Positions 28,009 through 43,242 are shown, counted from the first letter of the stretch. The stretch: DNA of 64,000 nucleotides from Eledone cirrhosa (GCA_964016885.1 OZ024745.1:68200001-68264000); one strand, 5' to 3'. Numbers and translations are program-made. The notes: generated from the sequence alone by a model not told the origin.

Positions 28009-28091
28009 ACTTTCCTGACGACGGAATGCTTCTCCATATTATTCTTCGGAAAATATATTTACTCCATTCCAGAAACTAATTAGTTGGAAGT
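28009..28091 (+). ncRNA. Long-P2 type I hammerhead, canonical core (subfamily B')
   Basis: ACUUUC-CUGACGA-cGGAAUG-cuucucc-AUAUUaUUC(uucg)GAAAAUAU-auuuacuc-CAUUCCa-GAAA-CUAAUUAG-UU-GGAAGU. Compensatory changes relative to family B. Confidence 0.85.
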
Positions 28092-28139
28092 GATATTTTA
28101 GTAAGTAAGTTAATTTTATAATTTTCTTATTTTACGTCT

Positions 28140-28231
<92 letters not shown>

Positions 28232-28382
28232 TAACAGATTAAAGTTTAAGCAAAGAATCGGTGCTTTCACCCTTAACGGGATCTTGTGAAATAAAAAAAA
28301 ACAATCTCTGAACGCAGAAGTAAATATTTCGAAAAACGTTGCAACCGAAGGAAAACAGGAGGATATTATTTTGGTTCGTGAA

Positions 28383-28733
28383 GACAGACAGATATTATAA
28401 GTGTGCGACGTTATAGCTATGTATCTAATGCAGAGAGCCAGACGTACAGAGACATATTATAAGGGAGCGACGTTATAGCTATGTATCTATCTAAAAAGAC
28501 AGACTAAGAAAAAGAGGGGAATGTCGTATAACCGGAAGTGTTGACATTTGAACATTTTAAAGAAATGAATATTTAAATAAACGATAAAATATCTTTAATC
28601 TTTTAACGAAATTTAGAAGATAAATATGCCCTCAGTTTCTTACCTGGAAAAAGTTACATCTATGGTGCAAATTTGGTGCTTTTTGGTTCAGCCGTTTGGC
28701 GAATAGTTTGTTACATACATACAGCCGTCAGCT

Positions 28734-28742
<9 letters not shown>
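28383..28742 (-). mobile_element. Non-autonomous Helitron-like fragment
   Basis: Minus start tatattataaagctgacggctgtatgtatgtaac..cggctgaacc..aaatttg resembles Helitron-type 5' ends with a tetranucleotide run. Related to 40740-40987. Confidence 0.4.
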
Positions 28743-28783
<41 letters not shown>

Positions 28784-29129
28784 AGTTACATCGCATAATA
28801 TTCATTTTAACTCTTTATGACAACACAAAAACTGTGTACGCGTGCGAGTGCGTACAACACGTGCAACAATGTCCCTGGTAGTCTAAAATGTTTCGTGAAC
28901 AAGCGAATCTACATGTTATCTACAGTGAAATACAATGAGTGACAAAGCTCTCTCATTTGAATTACGGGTACTCCCCACTTTTGCCAGCTGAATAGAGCGG
29001 AGCAACGTGAAATATAGTGTTTTACTCAAGGTGACAACCTACCACTGGTTATCGAACTCACAACGTTACGTGCCCATCGCTCCATTAATCAAAACACACA
29101 CACACATATACCCCCCCCCCCCCCACACA

Positions 29130-30713
<1,584 letters not shown>

Positions 30714-30731
30714 TATATATATATATATATA

Positions 30732-31312
30732 TATTCTTAAATTGAATCTGGCAAACCTTATTGTCCATAGTCAGTATTTTTTTCCACCTTAGCGAATCTG
30801 GTCCCTTGCGATTTGAACACATATATCTATATGTTTGTGTTTATTTCTTTTTTATATTCAATCGTGATATACGGCCGTATATCACAATTGAATATAAAAG
30901 AGAGATGAACACAAACATATAGATATATGTGTTCAAATCGCAAGGGACCAGATTCGCTAAGGTGGAAAAAAATACTAACTATGGACAATAAGGTTTGCCA
31001 GGCTCAATTTAAGAATAAATAAAAAAAATAAATACAAACCGGAATTGTGTTAACTACCGATCACCCATACAGCGTTTGGCTATCCTGTTTCGCAAAATTA
31101 ATTGTGAAGAGAATTACCAATTCTTGCTCGTTCAGACAACTGAATAGAGTAGGTATATATAATAATGCACATGGTATTAGAACTTTGCGTGTCTCACAAA
31201 CTCACACCACTAAAAATAGCAGCCAAGTTTACTCGACACCTTAGTCTCTTACGATTTGACACATCTATGTATATGTCTGTGTTAATCTCTCTTTTATATT
31301 CAATTATGATAT
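30732..31312. mobile_element. Family J: 286-bp zero-spacer palindrome plus extension with degenerate HHR
   Basis: Arms 30732-30874 and 30875-31017 centred on tatacggccgtata. The minus strand at 31061-31143 has CUGAACGA-GCAAG..UUUGC-GAAA-CAG..CUG-UA. A third diverged arm lies at 31250-31312. Confidence 0.75.
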
Positions 31313-31499
31313 ATATATATATATATTTATTAAAATAACAGATTAAAGTTTGAGAGTGAAAGCAGCAATTCTTTGCTTAAACTTTAATTTGTTATTTATC
31401 AAAATATTTGCTCTATGCTTTTTATATATTTGATATATATTTATCCTTATCGAGCCCTCTTTGGATCTTAGTCTTCACATTTATTATTATTACTATATA

Positions 31500-31668
31500 T
31501 CGGTAGAGGGTTGGACGCCATGCTTTCTAGTATAGTTACATCTCATTACGGTCTGGGTTCAAATACCGCCGAGGTTAACTTTGCCTTTCATCCTTGCGGG
31601 GTCGATAAAATAAAGTACTAGTAATGCACTGGGATAACTGCTGGCCTTGTGCCAAAAGTAGAAACAAT
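31500..31668 (+). mobile_element. tRNA-derived SINE (5' clipped) with (ATT)n
   Basis: Same family as 19580-19757. Confidence 0.85.
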
Positions 31669-31689
31669 TATTATTATTATTATTATTTT

Positions 31690-32460
31690 CCTTGGATATT
31701 TGTATATTCACATACTCCCCAGCGGGCCTTAACCAGGTACCCGGGGTGTGTGATTGTTTCTTATGACACATTTTTCCAGCTTCATAGATAACTGATTATT
31801 TCAAAATATATAATGGATATAGTGCACCCTGTTCCCCATGGGTACAACATGGTTTGCCCTGCCAACATTACATTACATTGCTCTTCACAAAATGTGGGCT
31901 GTACTCATGAGTACAATATTTTGAATTTCTTTTATACAAAGTTTACCTGGCATGTGATCCAAGCATTTGTCAGTTCCCTTGTTTATCAGACTCAGTGCTC
32001 TAACTACAACTGGAATACTGATGGCCTTCATACCTCACATTTTTTCAATCTCTATTTCAAGATCCTTGTACTTTGAGAATGTTTCAAATATCTTGAAACA
32101 CATTGCAATCAGCTGGTACTTACATACTTATCATAAAGCGCATCTTGTTGTTTTAATATTTTATTATGATATCTAGCCTGTTCGATTTGATTGTCCTGTG
32201 AGTGTGTATTGTAAAATCCTACATTACCTATATCAGTTACTGGGTCTTGATGATGATGAAACCAGGTTTTTGTTACATCTTTTCTATAGGACTTACATAT
32301 TTTCCAGTGGATGTACTGCCCCACTCTGCCGTGTCTGATTTTTATTTCATATGGCGCTAAGGTGGATGCTTGCAGATAACAGGTGGTCCGCTGTTTTAAT
32401 ATTTCTATCACAGAACCGGCATTTTGGGTCATTATGCTTTCCTAACTGTTTGCCTGATAA
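31690..32460 (-). pseudogene. R4/Dong-like RLE LINE 3' relic(s)
   Basis: RHGRVGQYIHWKICK..W.HH..P; NRLDIII; SKYKDLEIEIEK..IPVVVRAL..IVLMSTAHILRR. The 3' end abuts (TAA)n. Confidence 0.75.
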
Positions 32461-32469
32461 TTTTTATTA

Positions 32470-33305
32470 ATATCGATAAAATAAAGTACCATTAACGTAC
32501 TGGCCTTGTCCCTATATTAGAAATCATTATTATTCATTATTATTATTCATTGGCAGTATCGGTAGAGGGTTGGACGCCATGCTTTCTAGCATAGTTACGT
32601 CCCTTTACGGTCTGAGTTCAAATCCCGCCAAGGTTAACTTTGCCTTTCATCCTTACGAGGTCGATAAAATAAAGTACCAGTAATGTACTGGATAATTGCT
32701 GGCCTTGTGCCTAAAGTAGAAACAATTATTATTCATTATTATTACTCGTAATAATTGTTTCTACTTTTTGGCACAAGGCCAGCAATTATCCCAGTACATT
32801 ACTGGCGCTTTATTTTATCGACCCCGTAAGGATGAAAGGCAAAGTTAACCTCGGCGGGTAATAATACTGAAAATTGCTGGCCTTGTGCCAAACGTAGAAA
32901 CAATTATTATTACTCGTCGGAGGCCATGCTTTGACGCTTTGAGTTACGGCCCTTGCCATTCTGAGTTCAAATCCCGCCGAGGTTATCTTTGCCTTTCATC
33001 CTTACGGGGTCGATAAAATAAAGTATCAGTAATACACTGGGTAATTGCTGGCCTTGTGCCAAAAAAGTAGAAACAATTATTACTCGTAACGGCGGTGGAT
33101 TGTCAGTATCGGTAGAGGGTCGGACGCCATGCTTTGACGCATATAGTTACGGCCCTTTATGATCTGAGTTCAAATCCCGCAGAGGTTAACTTTGCCTTTC
33201 ATCCTTACGGGGTCGATAAAATAAAGTACCAGTCACGCACTGGGGTCGATTTAATCGACTTTCCCTTCCCACAAAATAGATGGCCTTGTGCCTATATAAG
33301 AAACA
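32470..33305 (+). mobile_element. Nest of SINE copies in (ATT)n
   Basis: Copies at 32551-32724, 32918-33075 and 33090-33305, 3' fragments at 32470-32524 and 32870-32902, and an inverted 3' half at 32751-32858. TSDs of 12-13 bp are visible. Confidence 0.88.
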
Positions 33306-33327
33306 ATTATTATTATTATTCATTATT

Positions 33328-34611
33328 GCGTACATCGCGTCCGTCATCTACTACCGCCTGACCGTAGTGCCTTGTCCTAAGCCTCGCCTGACTGCGCTAG
33401 AGCGTTTGCTCTTTCGCTTTTTGTGGAAGGGACGTGCTCCGATGATCAAGCGGTTCATCTGCTGTCAACACCCTGTACGTGGGGGGCTGGGCATGCCGTG
33501 GCTGATGATGCGCAGACACGCGCTCAGGCTACGACATCTCCAGCTCTTCATCGATGGTGATCAGGTGTGGTCGCCGTTTGCTAGACTCGTCTTTCTCCAG
33601 CTCATCTCCTTGACGGAGCTGCAATCCTGGGTCAAGCGAAGACCGAGAGGGAGCGCTTGGAGACTGGAATGTCTTCAGGCGCTCACAGCCCTCGACCAAT
33701 CGGGCAATGTGATCGGTGGAAACTCCACCTTGGCGTTCTACAGAGGATTAGTGGAGGGGAAGAGCGACGACATACTTGGATCGACGTTCTTGGGTCGACG
33801 TACTTGGCGTCGACGAAAATCAACTAGCCAATCTCTTCGGAAGAACTTTCGGGCCAGGACCTATGGACAATTTCCAGAAATCCCTGGCCTGGCAGTGCTA
33901 CCGAGGAGCTTTTCCAGTTCGGGATAAACTCTACAGGCATGGAAGTGCCGTCAGCCGGGCATGTCCGAGATGCGCGCAGGGCGACGAAACCGTCCTGCAT
34001 GCACTCGTCCAGTGTCCGAGCATTGCTGACTTGTGGGTTTATGTCGAACACCTGCTGTCGCGTGTAGAACGGATCCGGCTATCAGCTGAGTCCATCCTGA
34101 GGATTGCCCCACCCTCTTCCTTTAGCCGGGAAGGGCAGGCTGTTTTTATCTGTCTGGTAGCCATGGCGAAAGAGATAGTATGGTGGACGCGTCTGAAAGG
34201 GTGATGCCCTGATTAACCTTTTCAAATTTTATTTGAAAAGGAAAATCAGGGTAGAGAGGGAAGTGCTCTCTTCCCAGCATTTTGTTGAAAGATGGGTGAG
34301 AGAGACAAGAATGGCCCGAGTGAATGGGCCTACTCTGAGTATATGCCTGTAAACTGAAGATGGAAAACTGGGAAAGGGCACTTGCCCTGGTGGTCAGGGT
34401 CACTGTGGCCTTTTAATGGGCTTTCTCCACAAATGTCACTCGGAAGTCTCCCCCCCACCTATTTGGGAATTTTTTCATTGTTCTTTTTTGTTACATCCTC
34501 TGGTTTTTTGTTTTTTTTACACGCAGAAATGCCCTTTTGTACCGTCCTCTATTGTCCTGTACTGTCCTTAATGTCTACTTTGTGTAAACCCTTGTGGTTA
34601 ATAAAGAAAGC
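33328..34611 (+). mobile_element. 5'-truncated Tx1-like LINE
   Basis: High identity to 47910-49186. GGLGMP motif, CPRC..ETVLHALVQC zinc motif, 16-bp TSD attattattcattatt (33312-33327 / 34612-34627). Confidence 0.92.
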
Positions 34612-34639
34612 ATTATTATTCATTATTATTACTTGTAAC

Positions 34640-34853
34640 GGCGGTGGATTGGTAGTATCGGTAGAGGGTCGGACGCCATGCTTTGACGCATAGAGTTACG
34701 GCCCTTGCCATTCTGAGTTCAAATCCCGCCGAGGTTAACTTTGCCTTTCATCCTTACGGAGTCGATAAATAAAGCACGAGTAATGCACTGGAGTCGATTT
34801 ACTCGACTTTGTTCTCCCCTTCAAATTGCTGGCCTTGTGTTAAAAGTAGAAAC
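34640..34853 (+). mobile_element. Full-length tRNA-derived SINE
   Basis: GGCGGTGGATTGGTAGTATCGG...GAGTTCAAATCC...GGCCTTGTGTTAAAAGTAGAAAC. Confidence 0.88.
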
Positions 34854-36747
34854 TTTATTTAAAAGTAGAAAAAAAGTAGAAAATTATTATTATTATTATT
34901 ATTCCGAGAATCACTTGTACCACAAATCTACAAATACGACTTGATGAATGCTTGAATGATGCAAGTAAGGAAAAATACGAAGAAATTGGTTGTAAATAAG
35001 TTAACAAGTACAAATGAATATCTTTGCAATGTTCTCTGAAGTAGCGATACGAGTTATCTTTTTTTTTTTTGAGATTACTAAAGAAACAGAGACTGTTGTG
35101 TATCTTTGATCTTTACAGTCCCTCTTAATATCTCATACAGAACATTAACATACCTATTGATGTCATATTGAATATCAGGTTAGTTAAATATGCAGTATGC
35201 AGGATAAAGAGAGTAGACTTTCACTTAATGAAACATATCTTGAAAGCAACCAATTTTAGATATGCTGCTATTATTTCAAAGATAAATATTTTACATCTCT
35301 TATCTTCATGGATTCCTTTTCAAGTGATGCTTCTGAGAAGGGCCGTTAAAAAAGACGATTTAAACATGTCTATGTATATTTAAATATTCCACTTGATATG
35401 ATAATCAATATTGAGTGGCATTTAAGGATTGGTAATGATTCAGTTTGTATACAGGGGCAGCGGAAGCATTTCTGAAGGAGGATCGGGGTGGAATTTGGAT
35501 GATTTAGTTGTAGTGATTTGTAGTCGATATGCGATAAACATAACATGTAGATAAATTGTAGCGCATGTCTAAATAGATGTGCCTTTTGGTAGTTTGGGGG
35601 AGAAAACTGTATATATATATATATAATTTGGTAGCTTGGTGAGAAAAATATAATTATTGGGGCGGATGGCCTTCCCAGCCCCCCTGCCCTCCAGTTCCAT
35701 CGCCCCATGCACGTGGTATGTATCTTTTATTGCTAAGATCAATACTTTTTACATTGTCATTTGAAGAGGAGGTGAACACCAATTATATGAAATTCAGTAT
35801 GCTCAATGCTAGTCTGGTATCTGCGCCAGCCAATGATAGAGTCCATACCGGATACCCCAATCTACCAGAAATAGAAGCTAAATCTCCCACAAATCATATA
35901 TTACGATTATAAAAATGGAAGAACACATTAGAAAATGTAGTCTTAGATACACACAGTCCTCTAACAACAAGTGGTATGATCATATTTAGTTAATCTCAGA
36001 AGAAATCTAAAGCTAAACACAAATGAACTTGAAACCAGAATGTTAAAGTGACGAATAAAGTTCCATAAACCTTGGGCACTGCATTATTTCTAATAGACAA
36101 TTGGAAAAACAGCAGTTTACGGACTTAGAACGGTTAGTGTGTCTGCAATGCAGAACAATGCAGAACAAATATATCAAAGTTCTTTAGATCGTGAAGCAAC
36201 TCTTTCCTTCAAATTTCTCGTCCAGATGCTCACACCATTAACATGCATATGAAGGTGTTGTTGAAAATGATGTAAAGAAATGTTAATTGGTGACAGTGTC
36301 TATGATTGTAGCTATGTAGGATTCACATTTATTTTATTCTCCGCCAGTTATTTATGTTTTCACGATAAGGCTGACAAACGCGAAGAGAGAAAACGAATTC
36401 ATCTGTTTGTCTAAAATGAAGTTATCTATTTCATGAAATATTGGATTTGAAACTACATACAAATCTTGGAAGAATTTGTGGAATACACCAGGTTAACAAT
36501 AACAGAACCATGACAAACTTTTGAAGCAAAATCGTCAACTGCAGAATATGTATAACCATAAATAGTCAACTGCAGAATATGTATAACCATCAATAGTTTT
36601 CCAAGAGATAGCGAAATGAACAGACCTGCTTTTTCTCAAAGAAATCTTTTCGTTCCTGCTCCTGCTCGTCACTTTCTTCCATCTTTCTATTTTTTCTTTA
36701 ATTTCCCGTTCTGTTTTCTGATGAAGGACTAGCGTTAAGACTTTTCT

Positions 36748-36790
<43 letters not shown>

Positions 36791-37269
36791 TTGCTTCTCA
36801 TTTGTAATATTTTTGATATTTTTGGTGTTTCTCTACACACGGGCTTCTATATCGTACAGGTGTGTGTGAAAAATGCTTTACCAGTACAGCCCCCATGATG
36901 CTCTTGATTGCCTGCTTTGACTGCTTTGACTGCTTGTATTACATGTAACAATCTGCCGCACTGTAATCTTGTATAAATAGGACACGCGTGCATGCCTCAC
37001 GTGTGACTGTTGCATACACTGGCTACTCCAAACTATCCTCTTGCTTTATCTTCGTAAATTGCTTTATCTTCGTAAACTGCCAATGTTTTATTTTAATTTT
37101 AATTTTAACTTTAATTTTGTCCTTTAATATGACTGTAATCTTTGTATGTAAATTGCCATGCTATATTATTATAATGGATGTCAACCCACTGTGGGTCAAT
37201 ATATACATATGTTTCTATATGTCTCTTGTGTTGGAAAGGAGGTCAAGTATGTAAAAAATCACTGAATAA

Positions 37270-37318
37270 TTGCTCCGAAGACTCCAAACCTCGGTTTGGA
37301 AGCAACAATTGTAAGCAA
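37270..37318 (+). ncRNA. Minimal type I hammerhead, mutated core
   Basis: UUGCU-CCGAAGA-cUCCAAAC(cucg)GUUUGGAa-GCAA-CAAUUG-UA-AGCAA, then AATAAA. Confidence 0.65.
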
Positions 37319-37517
37319 ATAAATGATTTAAACAGAACTTTGATTCATGTAATTTCTATATAACTGCTCTGTAAAACAACTGATGTTGTTACATTGAGCT
37401 ATTTATCTTACTGGTAATAAGATAGTAATAAATTACTGTTTTTCACTATTTAGGGTTTAAAATATATATAACTATAAAAGGTTTTAGTATATACATAACC
37501 ATAAATAGTATCCTTAA

Positions 37518-37615
<98 letters not shown>

Positions 37616-37885
37616 ACATATATATAAATATACACACATATATATATATATAGGACACAGCATTATATATAGAGCCGACAAAGGGTCATCTGAACTATTA
37701 AAAATAATTCTGAATGGTTTTATTTGTCTATTCTTCAAGGAGATATAACTTTGTTTTAAGGCTATAGTAAACAAAATTAATAAAACTGCTAAAATTCAAA
37801 TACAAGTTATTAGTTAACCAAGTTTATAGTAGAAGTTCACAAAGTGTCGAACTTTTCTATTGAACCCTTCTAATGCAAAACAATG

Positions 37886-38632
37886 TTCTTAACCACACAA
37901 CCATCTCTGTGCTTATATGTACAACCCTCAGTTTACTTAACCACACAACCATCTCTGTGCTTATATGTACAATCCTCAATTTTCTTAACCACACAACCAT
38001 CTCTGTGCTTATATGTACAACCCTCAGTTTACTTAACCACACAACCATCTCTGTGCTTATATGTACAACCCTCAATTTCTTAACCACACAACCATCTCTG
38101 TGCTTATATGTACAACCCTCAATCTTCTTAACCACACAACCATCTCTGTGCTTATATGTACAACCCTCAGTTTACTTAACCACACAACCATCTCTGTGCT
38201 TATATGTGCAACCCTCAATTTTCTTAACCACACAACCATCTCTGTGCTTATATGTACAACCCTCAATCTTCTTAACCACACAACCATCTCTGTGCTTATA
38301 TGTACAACCCTCAGTTTACTTAACCACACAACCATCTCTGTGCTTATATGTACAACCCTCAATTTTCTTAACCACACAACCATCTCTGTGCTTATATGTA
38401 CAACCCTCAATCTTCTTAACCACACAACCATCTTTGTGCTTATATGTACAACCCTCAATTTTCTTAACCACACAACCATCTCTGTGCTGATATGTACAAC
38501 CCCCAATCTTCTTAACCACACAACCATCTCTGTGCTTATATGTACAACCCCCAATCTTCTTAACCACACAACCATCTCTGTGCTGATATGTAGACTCCCC
38601 AATCTTCTTACCCACACAACCATCTCTGTGTC
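37886..38632. repeat. 48-bp minisatellite, ~15.5 copies
   Basis: Unit cttaaccacacaaccatctctgtgcttatatgtacaaccctcaatttt. Confidence 0.95.
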
Positions 38633-38884
38633 CATGTGTAGCCTCCTATGTGTAACAGAATGTTCCTGGTATTTTTAAGGCTTCCTGTTTTTATGTTCCA
38701 AACCACCAAATCAGCATCTACTAATTATCGTGTGTGGGAAGAGATAGAGAAAGAGAGAGAGAGATAGAGAGGGGGGAGAGAGAGGAGGAGAGAGAGACAG
38801 AGAGAATGAGAGAGAGGGTTAGAGAGGGCTAGGGAGAGAGGAAGGGAGGGAGAGCTAGAGATAGAGATAGATAGGTAGCTATAT

Positions 38885-38921
<37 letters not shown>

Positions 38922-38926
38922 CGTAT

Positions 38927-39108
38927 ATATGGGAAAAGTTTAACCCCGACAGCAGAGCTCAAGCCGTTTCGACGGCTATTCTGTAAATAGCCGTCGAAAC
39001 GGCTTGAGCTCTGCCGTCGGGGTTAAACCTTTTCCTATTACCCACTCTACTACCCTAAGTATTGAGTACTCTGGTGCGTCTGGTTCCTTACCACACTTGC
39101 TTCGTTAT
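38927..39108. mobile_element. Family C palindrome
   Basis: Arms meet at gacggctatt-ctgta-aatagccgtc. The right arm carries the tail. Confidence 0.8.
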
Positions 39109-39119
39109 CTCTCTCTCTC

Positions 39120-39269
<150 letters not shown>

Positions 39270-40091
39270 CTTCGATTCAGTAACTTATCTTATTACTAGC
39301 TCTCGGCTTCTAGCTTCTGAAACCTTTGTACTGAATGAATATAGTGTTGATTACATTTACTTTAAATTTACTTTTCTTAATCTACTTGTTATGAGAATAG
39401 TAGCAGAAGGCATGGCTGCGTGGTTAAGAAGTTTGCTTGGTAATCATGAGGTTTGACCCAAGCATTGTGAATGAAATTAGGATGAATTAAACTGTTTAGG
39501 AACCCGTTGGATAGATTGTACCTGTAATTTAAGTGTTAATTGTTGTCATATATTGTGTCACACTGATTCAGCTTGGGTATTAGTAGCTAAATCATTCCAT
39601 CGTCTTAAAAAGGAATAGTACATTAGACAATGCAATCCTAGTTATACCAACAGAGGAGATTGTTGTAATTAAAACTTCTTTCACCAAACTTATTTAACTG
39701 TTGAGCCAAAACGATAACCTGTACATAGCCATACAGTTTGCTAGGTATAACAGTTAAATTTCTATCAGATCAAACCCTACCGTCTTAAAAAGGGAAAGTG
39801 TTGTCGTATTTATACACAACAGACAAGATGGTTGTTTCTGGAAAACCTTTGATCATAGATCATAGATCTGCCGCAAAAGATCTATACTGAAACAATAACA
39901 GCTATTGAATTTTAGAGATACTCACTATATGCTTATAATCTCCACTAAATGCATAAAATATTGCTCGGGATTTGCTCTAGGGTTCTTATATATTTGATAT
40001 ATATTTATCCTTATCGAGCCTCGTGAAATAAATACGTTTGTTTATATTTTGTTATTGTGTATGCAAAAATATGTGTACACGAATATATAAT

Positions 40092-40279
<188 letters not shown>

Positions 40280-40458
40280 ACAGTACAGAGAAGTACGGAA
40301 TACCTAGGCCTCGGGATGGTGTCTACATTTTGTGCTTATAAAAGAAATTCGTCGTATATTACTAGGTTTTTTTCCGTGCGAAGAAAATTAATACTTTATC
40401 GCGAAATAAATACTTTTCTTTATATTTTGTTATTGTGTATGCAAAAATATCTGTACAC

Positions 40459-40507
<49 letters not shown>

Positions 40508-40649
40508 AAATAAAAGATTAAAGTTTAAGCAAAGAATCGTTGCTATCACCCTTAACGGGATCTTCTGAAACTAAAATAAAAAAAATCAATCTGTGAACGC
40601 AAAAGTAAATATTTCGAAAAACGTTACACACTATATATATATAAACACG

Positions 40650-40736
<87 letters not shown>

Positions 40737-40739
40737 CTA

Positions 40740-40987
40740 CGTCATAATGTCGTCATGCAGACAGCCATGCATACAGACAGATATAAAGGCGCAACGTCAT
40801 TTCTATGTATCTATCTAACAAGATAAAGACTAAGAGAGAGAGAAGGAGATCGCTAAATCGCCTAATGCGGTCCCTAGCGCATTGAAAATTACATGTGTAA
40901 AGTTTGAAAACAATCGGTTGGGTGGTTCTCGAGTTTTAGTGATTGTACAGACAGACAAACAGACATTCTCTGTTTTAGTAATATAGA
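40740..40987 (-). mobile_element. Non-autonomous Helitron-like fragment
   Basis: Minus strand begins TCTATATTACTAAAA..(GTCT)n..aaccgattgttttcaaacttt. Shares sequence with 28383-28520. Confidence 0.4.
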
Positions 40988-41209
40988 ACATGAGGACAAA
41001 GAGAAGAAGAAAGGTGGTGACATGGCGAAGAGACAAACACTACACAAAACATGGGCACGCCCAATTTTAAAATTGCCTTGAACGTTTTAGTAGTGCGGCT
41101 CGCTTTATGATGAGACACACCCTATGCAGGCCCTCTGCTCGAAAAAGGTTGACCATGCCTGCTCTACACCATTAGCTTGGCAGTATATCTCCGCTGTGTT
41201 CTGTGGAGA

Positions 41210-41448
41210 AGATGGCGAAAGCCAGTGTTACTCGACCCATCATAAACTGCACCTCACGGGGCTCCTTCCTCAGTCGCGACACCCTCCAACCGATTTGGCG
41301 GAAGAAAATAGTAGTCAGTCAGAAAACAGAGGACACCGGTGGTCTCCATGGTAACTGGCACAAAAAGGAAACGGTTAGTTAATACCTGATATTTAGTTAT
41401 CTCCCGTATCTCTGCGATTCGAACGTCGACGCTGTGGTTTGTGGCCAA
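41210..41448 (-). pseudogene. CRE-like RLE LINE C-terminal relic
   Basis: AEIREITKYQVLTNRFLFVPVTMETTGVL...EPREVQFMMGRVTLA. Confidence 0.5.
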
Positions 41449-42802
41449 AGATATAGAGTAGACACAAGAGAAAGTCTTTTTATGACTCTAAGAACTAACA
41501 TTGATATTATTTGTAGGCATTCTATTAGTAGGAATAATTTGATACTAATAATTTATTGTAGAAAAGTGTAATTTAGGAAAATAATGATAAAGCCTTGCTC
41601 ACGCTGGACTACGTGTAAAACATATTGCGCCTAATTACTGTACCAAAGTTAATTAATTAAACTCGCCATCTAGATGTTTAATTACATCACTCGTAGCTTT
41701 TCTAATGACATATCAGAAATGTATTATTACATGCATTAATATTAACTGTGATCAAAATCTGAGAAACATATTTCACTCTCTATTTTCTCCAATATTCTAA
41801 TAAAATGATTCTCACATACACACACACTCACACTTTCTCTCTCTCTCTCTCTCTGTCATATAGACACACACTCTTTCTCTCTCCATTATTTCTGATGTTT
41901 TTACCCCCACTGGGAAAATCTGTTTACAATATCTGACTACCACAGTAAATTGGAATACTGTTGTTCATTATGAATACCATCGCCACCATTATTAATCTTC
42001 GTTTTAATGGCTTCGTCTGCGAGAATATTTTCTCATTTTGTGGTTTCTTCTTTTGATTTGTGAAACAAAGAAAGCGTTACTTTGAACTTTCATAGAACGA
42101 AGAATATATTTTTAATAAGAGCGTGATTCAGAAAAGAGTCGTGTAGGCGTGCTTCGATATGCTGATGAATGTCAAGGTTACTGACTCATATCCAATTAAT
42201 CTTTCAAGAAAGGTTAGTTCGTTAAATGGGAACAGTTGGCCAAAGTTTTGTCAGACTGATCCAGTAGACACAAAAGCAACAGTGAATCACTAACACCATG
42301 TTTCTTAACTTTCATTTGTATTTCAAGACGAATAAATGAAATACCAGTCCTGGGGTGGCGGATTAATGGAATTGTTTGAATGTCGGATGAGATACTTTTA
42401 CATTCTGTGTTCAAATTCAAATGCCGTACTCAATTCAACCTGGACTTCACCAACATTGAGAGGTAAGCCTTGAAAAGGTAACGTAATTATGAGGCATCGT
42501 CCATCGTACTGCAGTGTATCGAATAATTGTAGAGTGGAATATATATATATATATATATATATGAATTTTTCACACGTTGTCCACACGTCACCAAACATCT
42601 ATTGCATAACAACAAGGCTCCGGACTGATACTTCGTAATTTTATTTTTTATATTTTTATTTTATTTTCAACAAAAAAACTTTCCGGACTTTCGCAGCTAT
42701 CTCCCTTACCCCCCCCCCCCGCACGCAGTCTAGTATTTCCTGTGTAAAGTGACCGATTTTCTGCGCATGCGCGTTCGTACGGTTGTCCTTCCTGTTCCTA
42801 TA

Positions 42803-42860
42803 ACCATACACATCCTGAGCTGAAGATCCGCGAAGGTGAAACAATTGTTCTCGGTATGGT
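42803..42860 (+). ncRNA. Minimal type I hammerhead ribozyme, canonical core, bulged extended P1
   Basis: ACCAUAC-acaucc-UGAG-CUGAAGA-uCC(gcgaa)GGu-GAAA-CAAUUG-UU-CUCG-GUAUGGU. It lies in a 42562-42886 fragment bounded by (TA)n. Confidence 0.85.
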
Positions 42861-42882
42861 GAACTAACTGTTGTGTAACCAC

Positions 42883-42962
<80 letters not shown>

Positions 42963-43139
42963 ATATATATATATAGTAGAAAGGAAAGACAATTTTTCAG
43001 TGAAATATCAATCCTTCTCTGCTATTAGCTTCAACCAACCTATTAGCAGAGGAGGATGGACATAGAAATTTCCTTTCTTCTCTGAATAAACATGTATGTG
43101 AAAATTAATTTTTCGTCCCCTTTCTATTATTATTATTAT

Positions 43140-43242
43140 TTCCCGCCGAGGTTGACTTTGCCTTTCATCCTTACGGGGTCGATAAAATAAAGTACCAGTA
43201 ATGCACTGGGTGATTGCTGGCCTTGTGCCTAAAGTAGAAACA
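43140..43242 (+). mobile_element. 5'-truncated SINE between (ATT)n tracts
   Basis: 3' half of the 19580-type SINE. Its ATT tract hosts the Tx1 insertion. Confidence 0.85.

Larger units (their letters stand above)
27405..28142. mobile_element. Head-to-head pair: family B unit (-) joined to diverged subfamily B' (+)
   Basis: 27405-27933 is the reverse complement of the 546-bp unit; 27934-28142 is a diverged plus-strand relative. TA flanks. Confidence 0.8.

Noticed and set aside
36715-36745. CTGATGA as a hammerhead
   Set aside because: No GAAA or P3 follows; at best a deleted relic.
37857-38678. 16-aa repeat proteins
   Set aside because: Open frames in a 48-bp minisatellite on both strands, with no gene structure.
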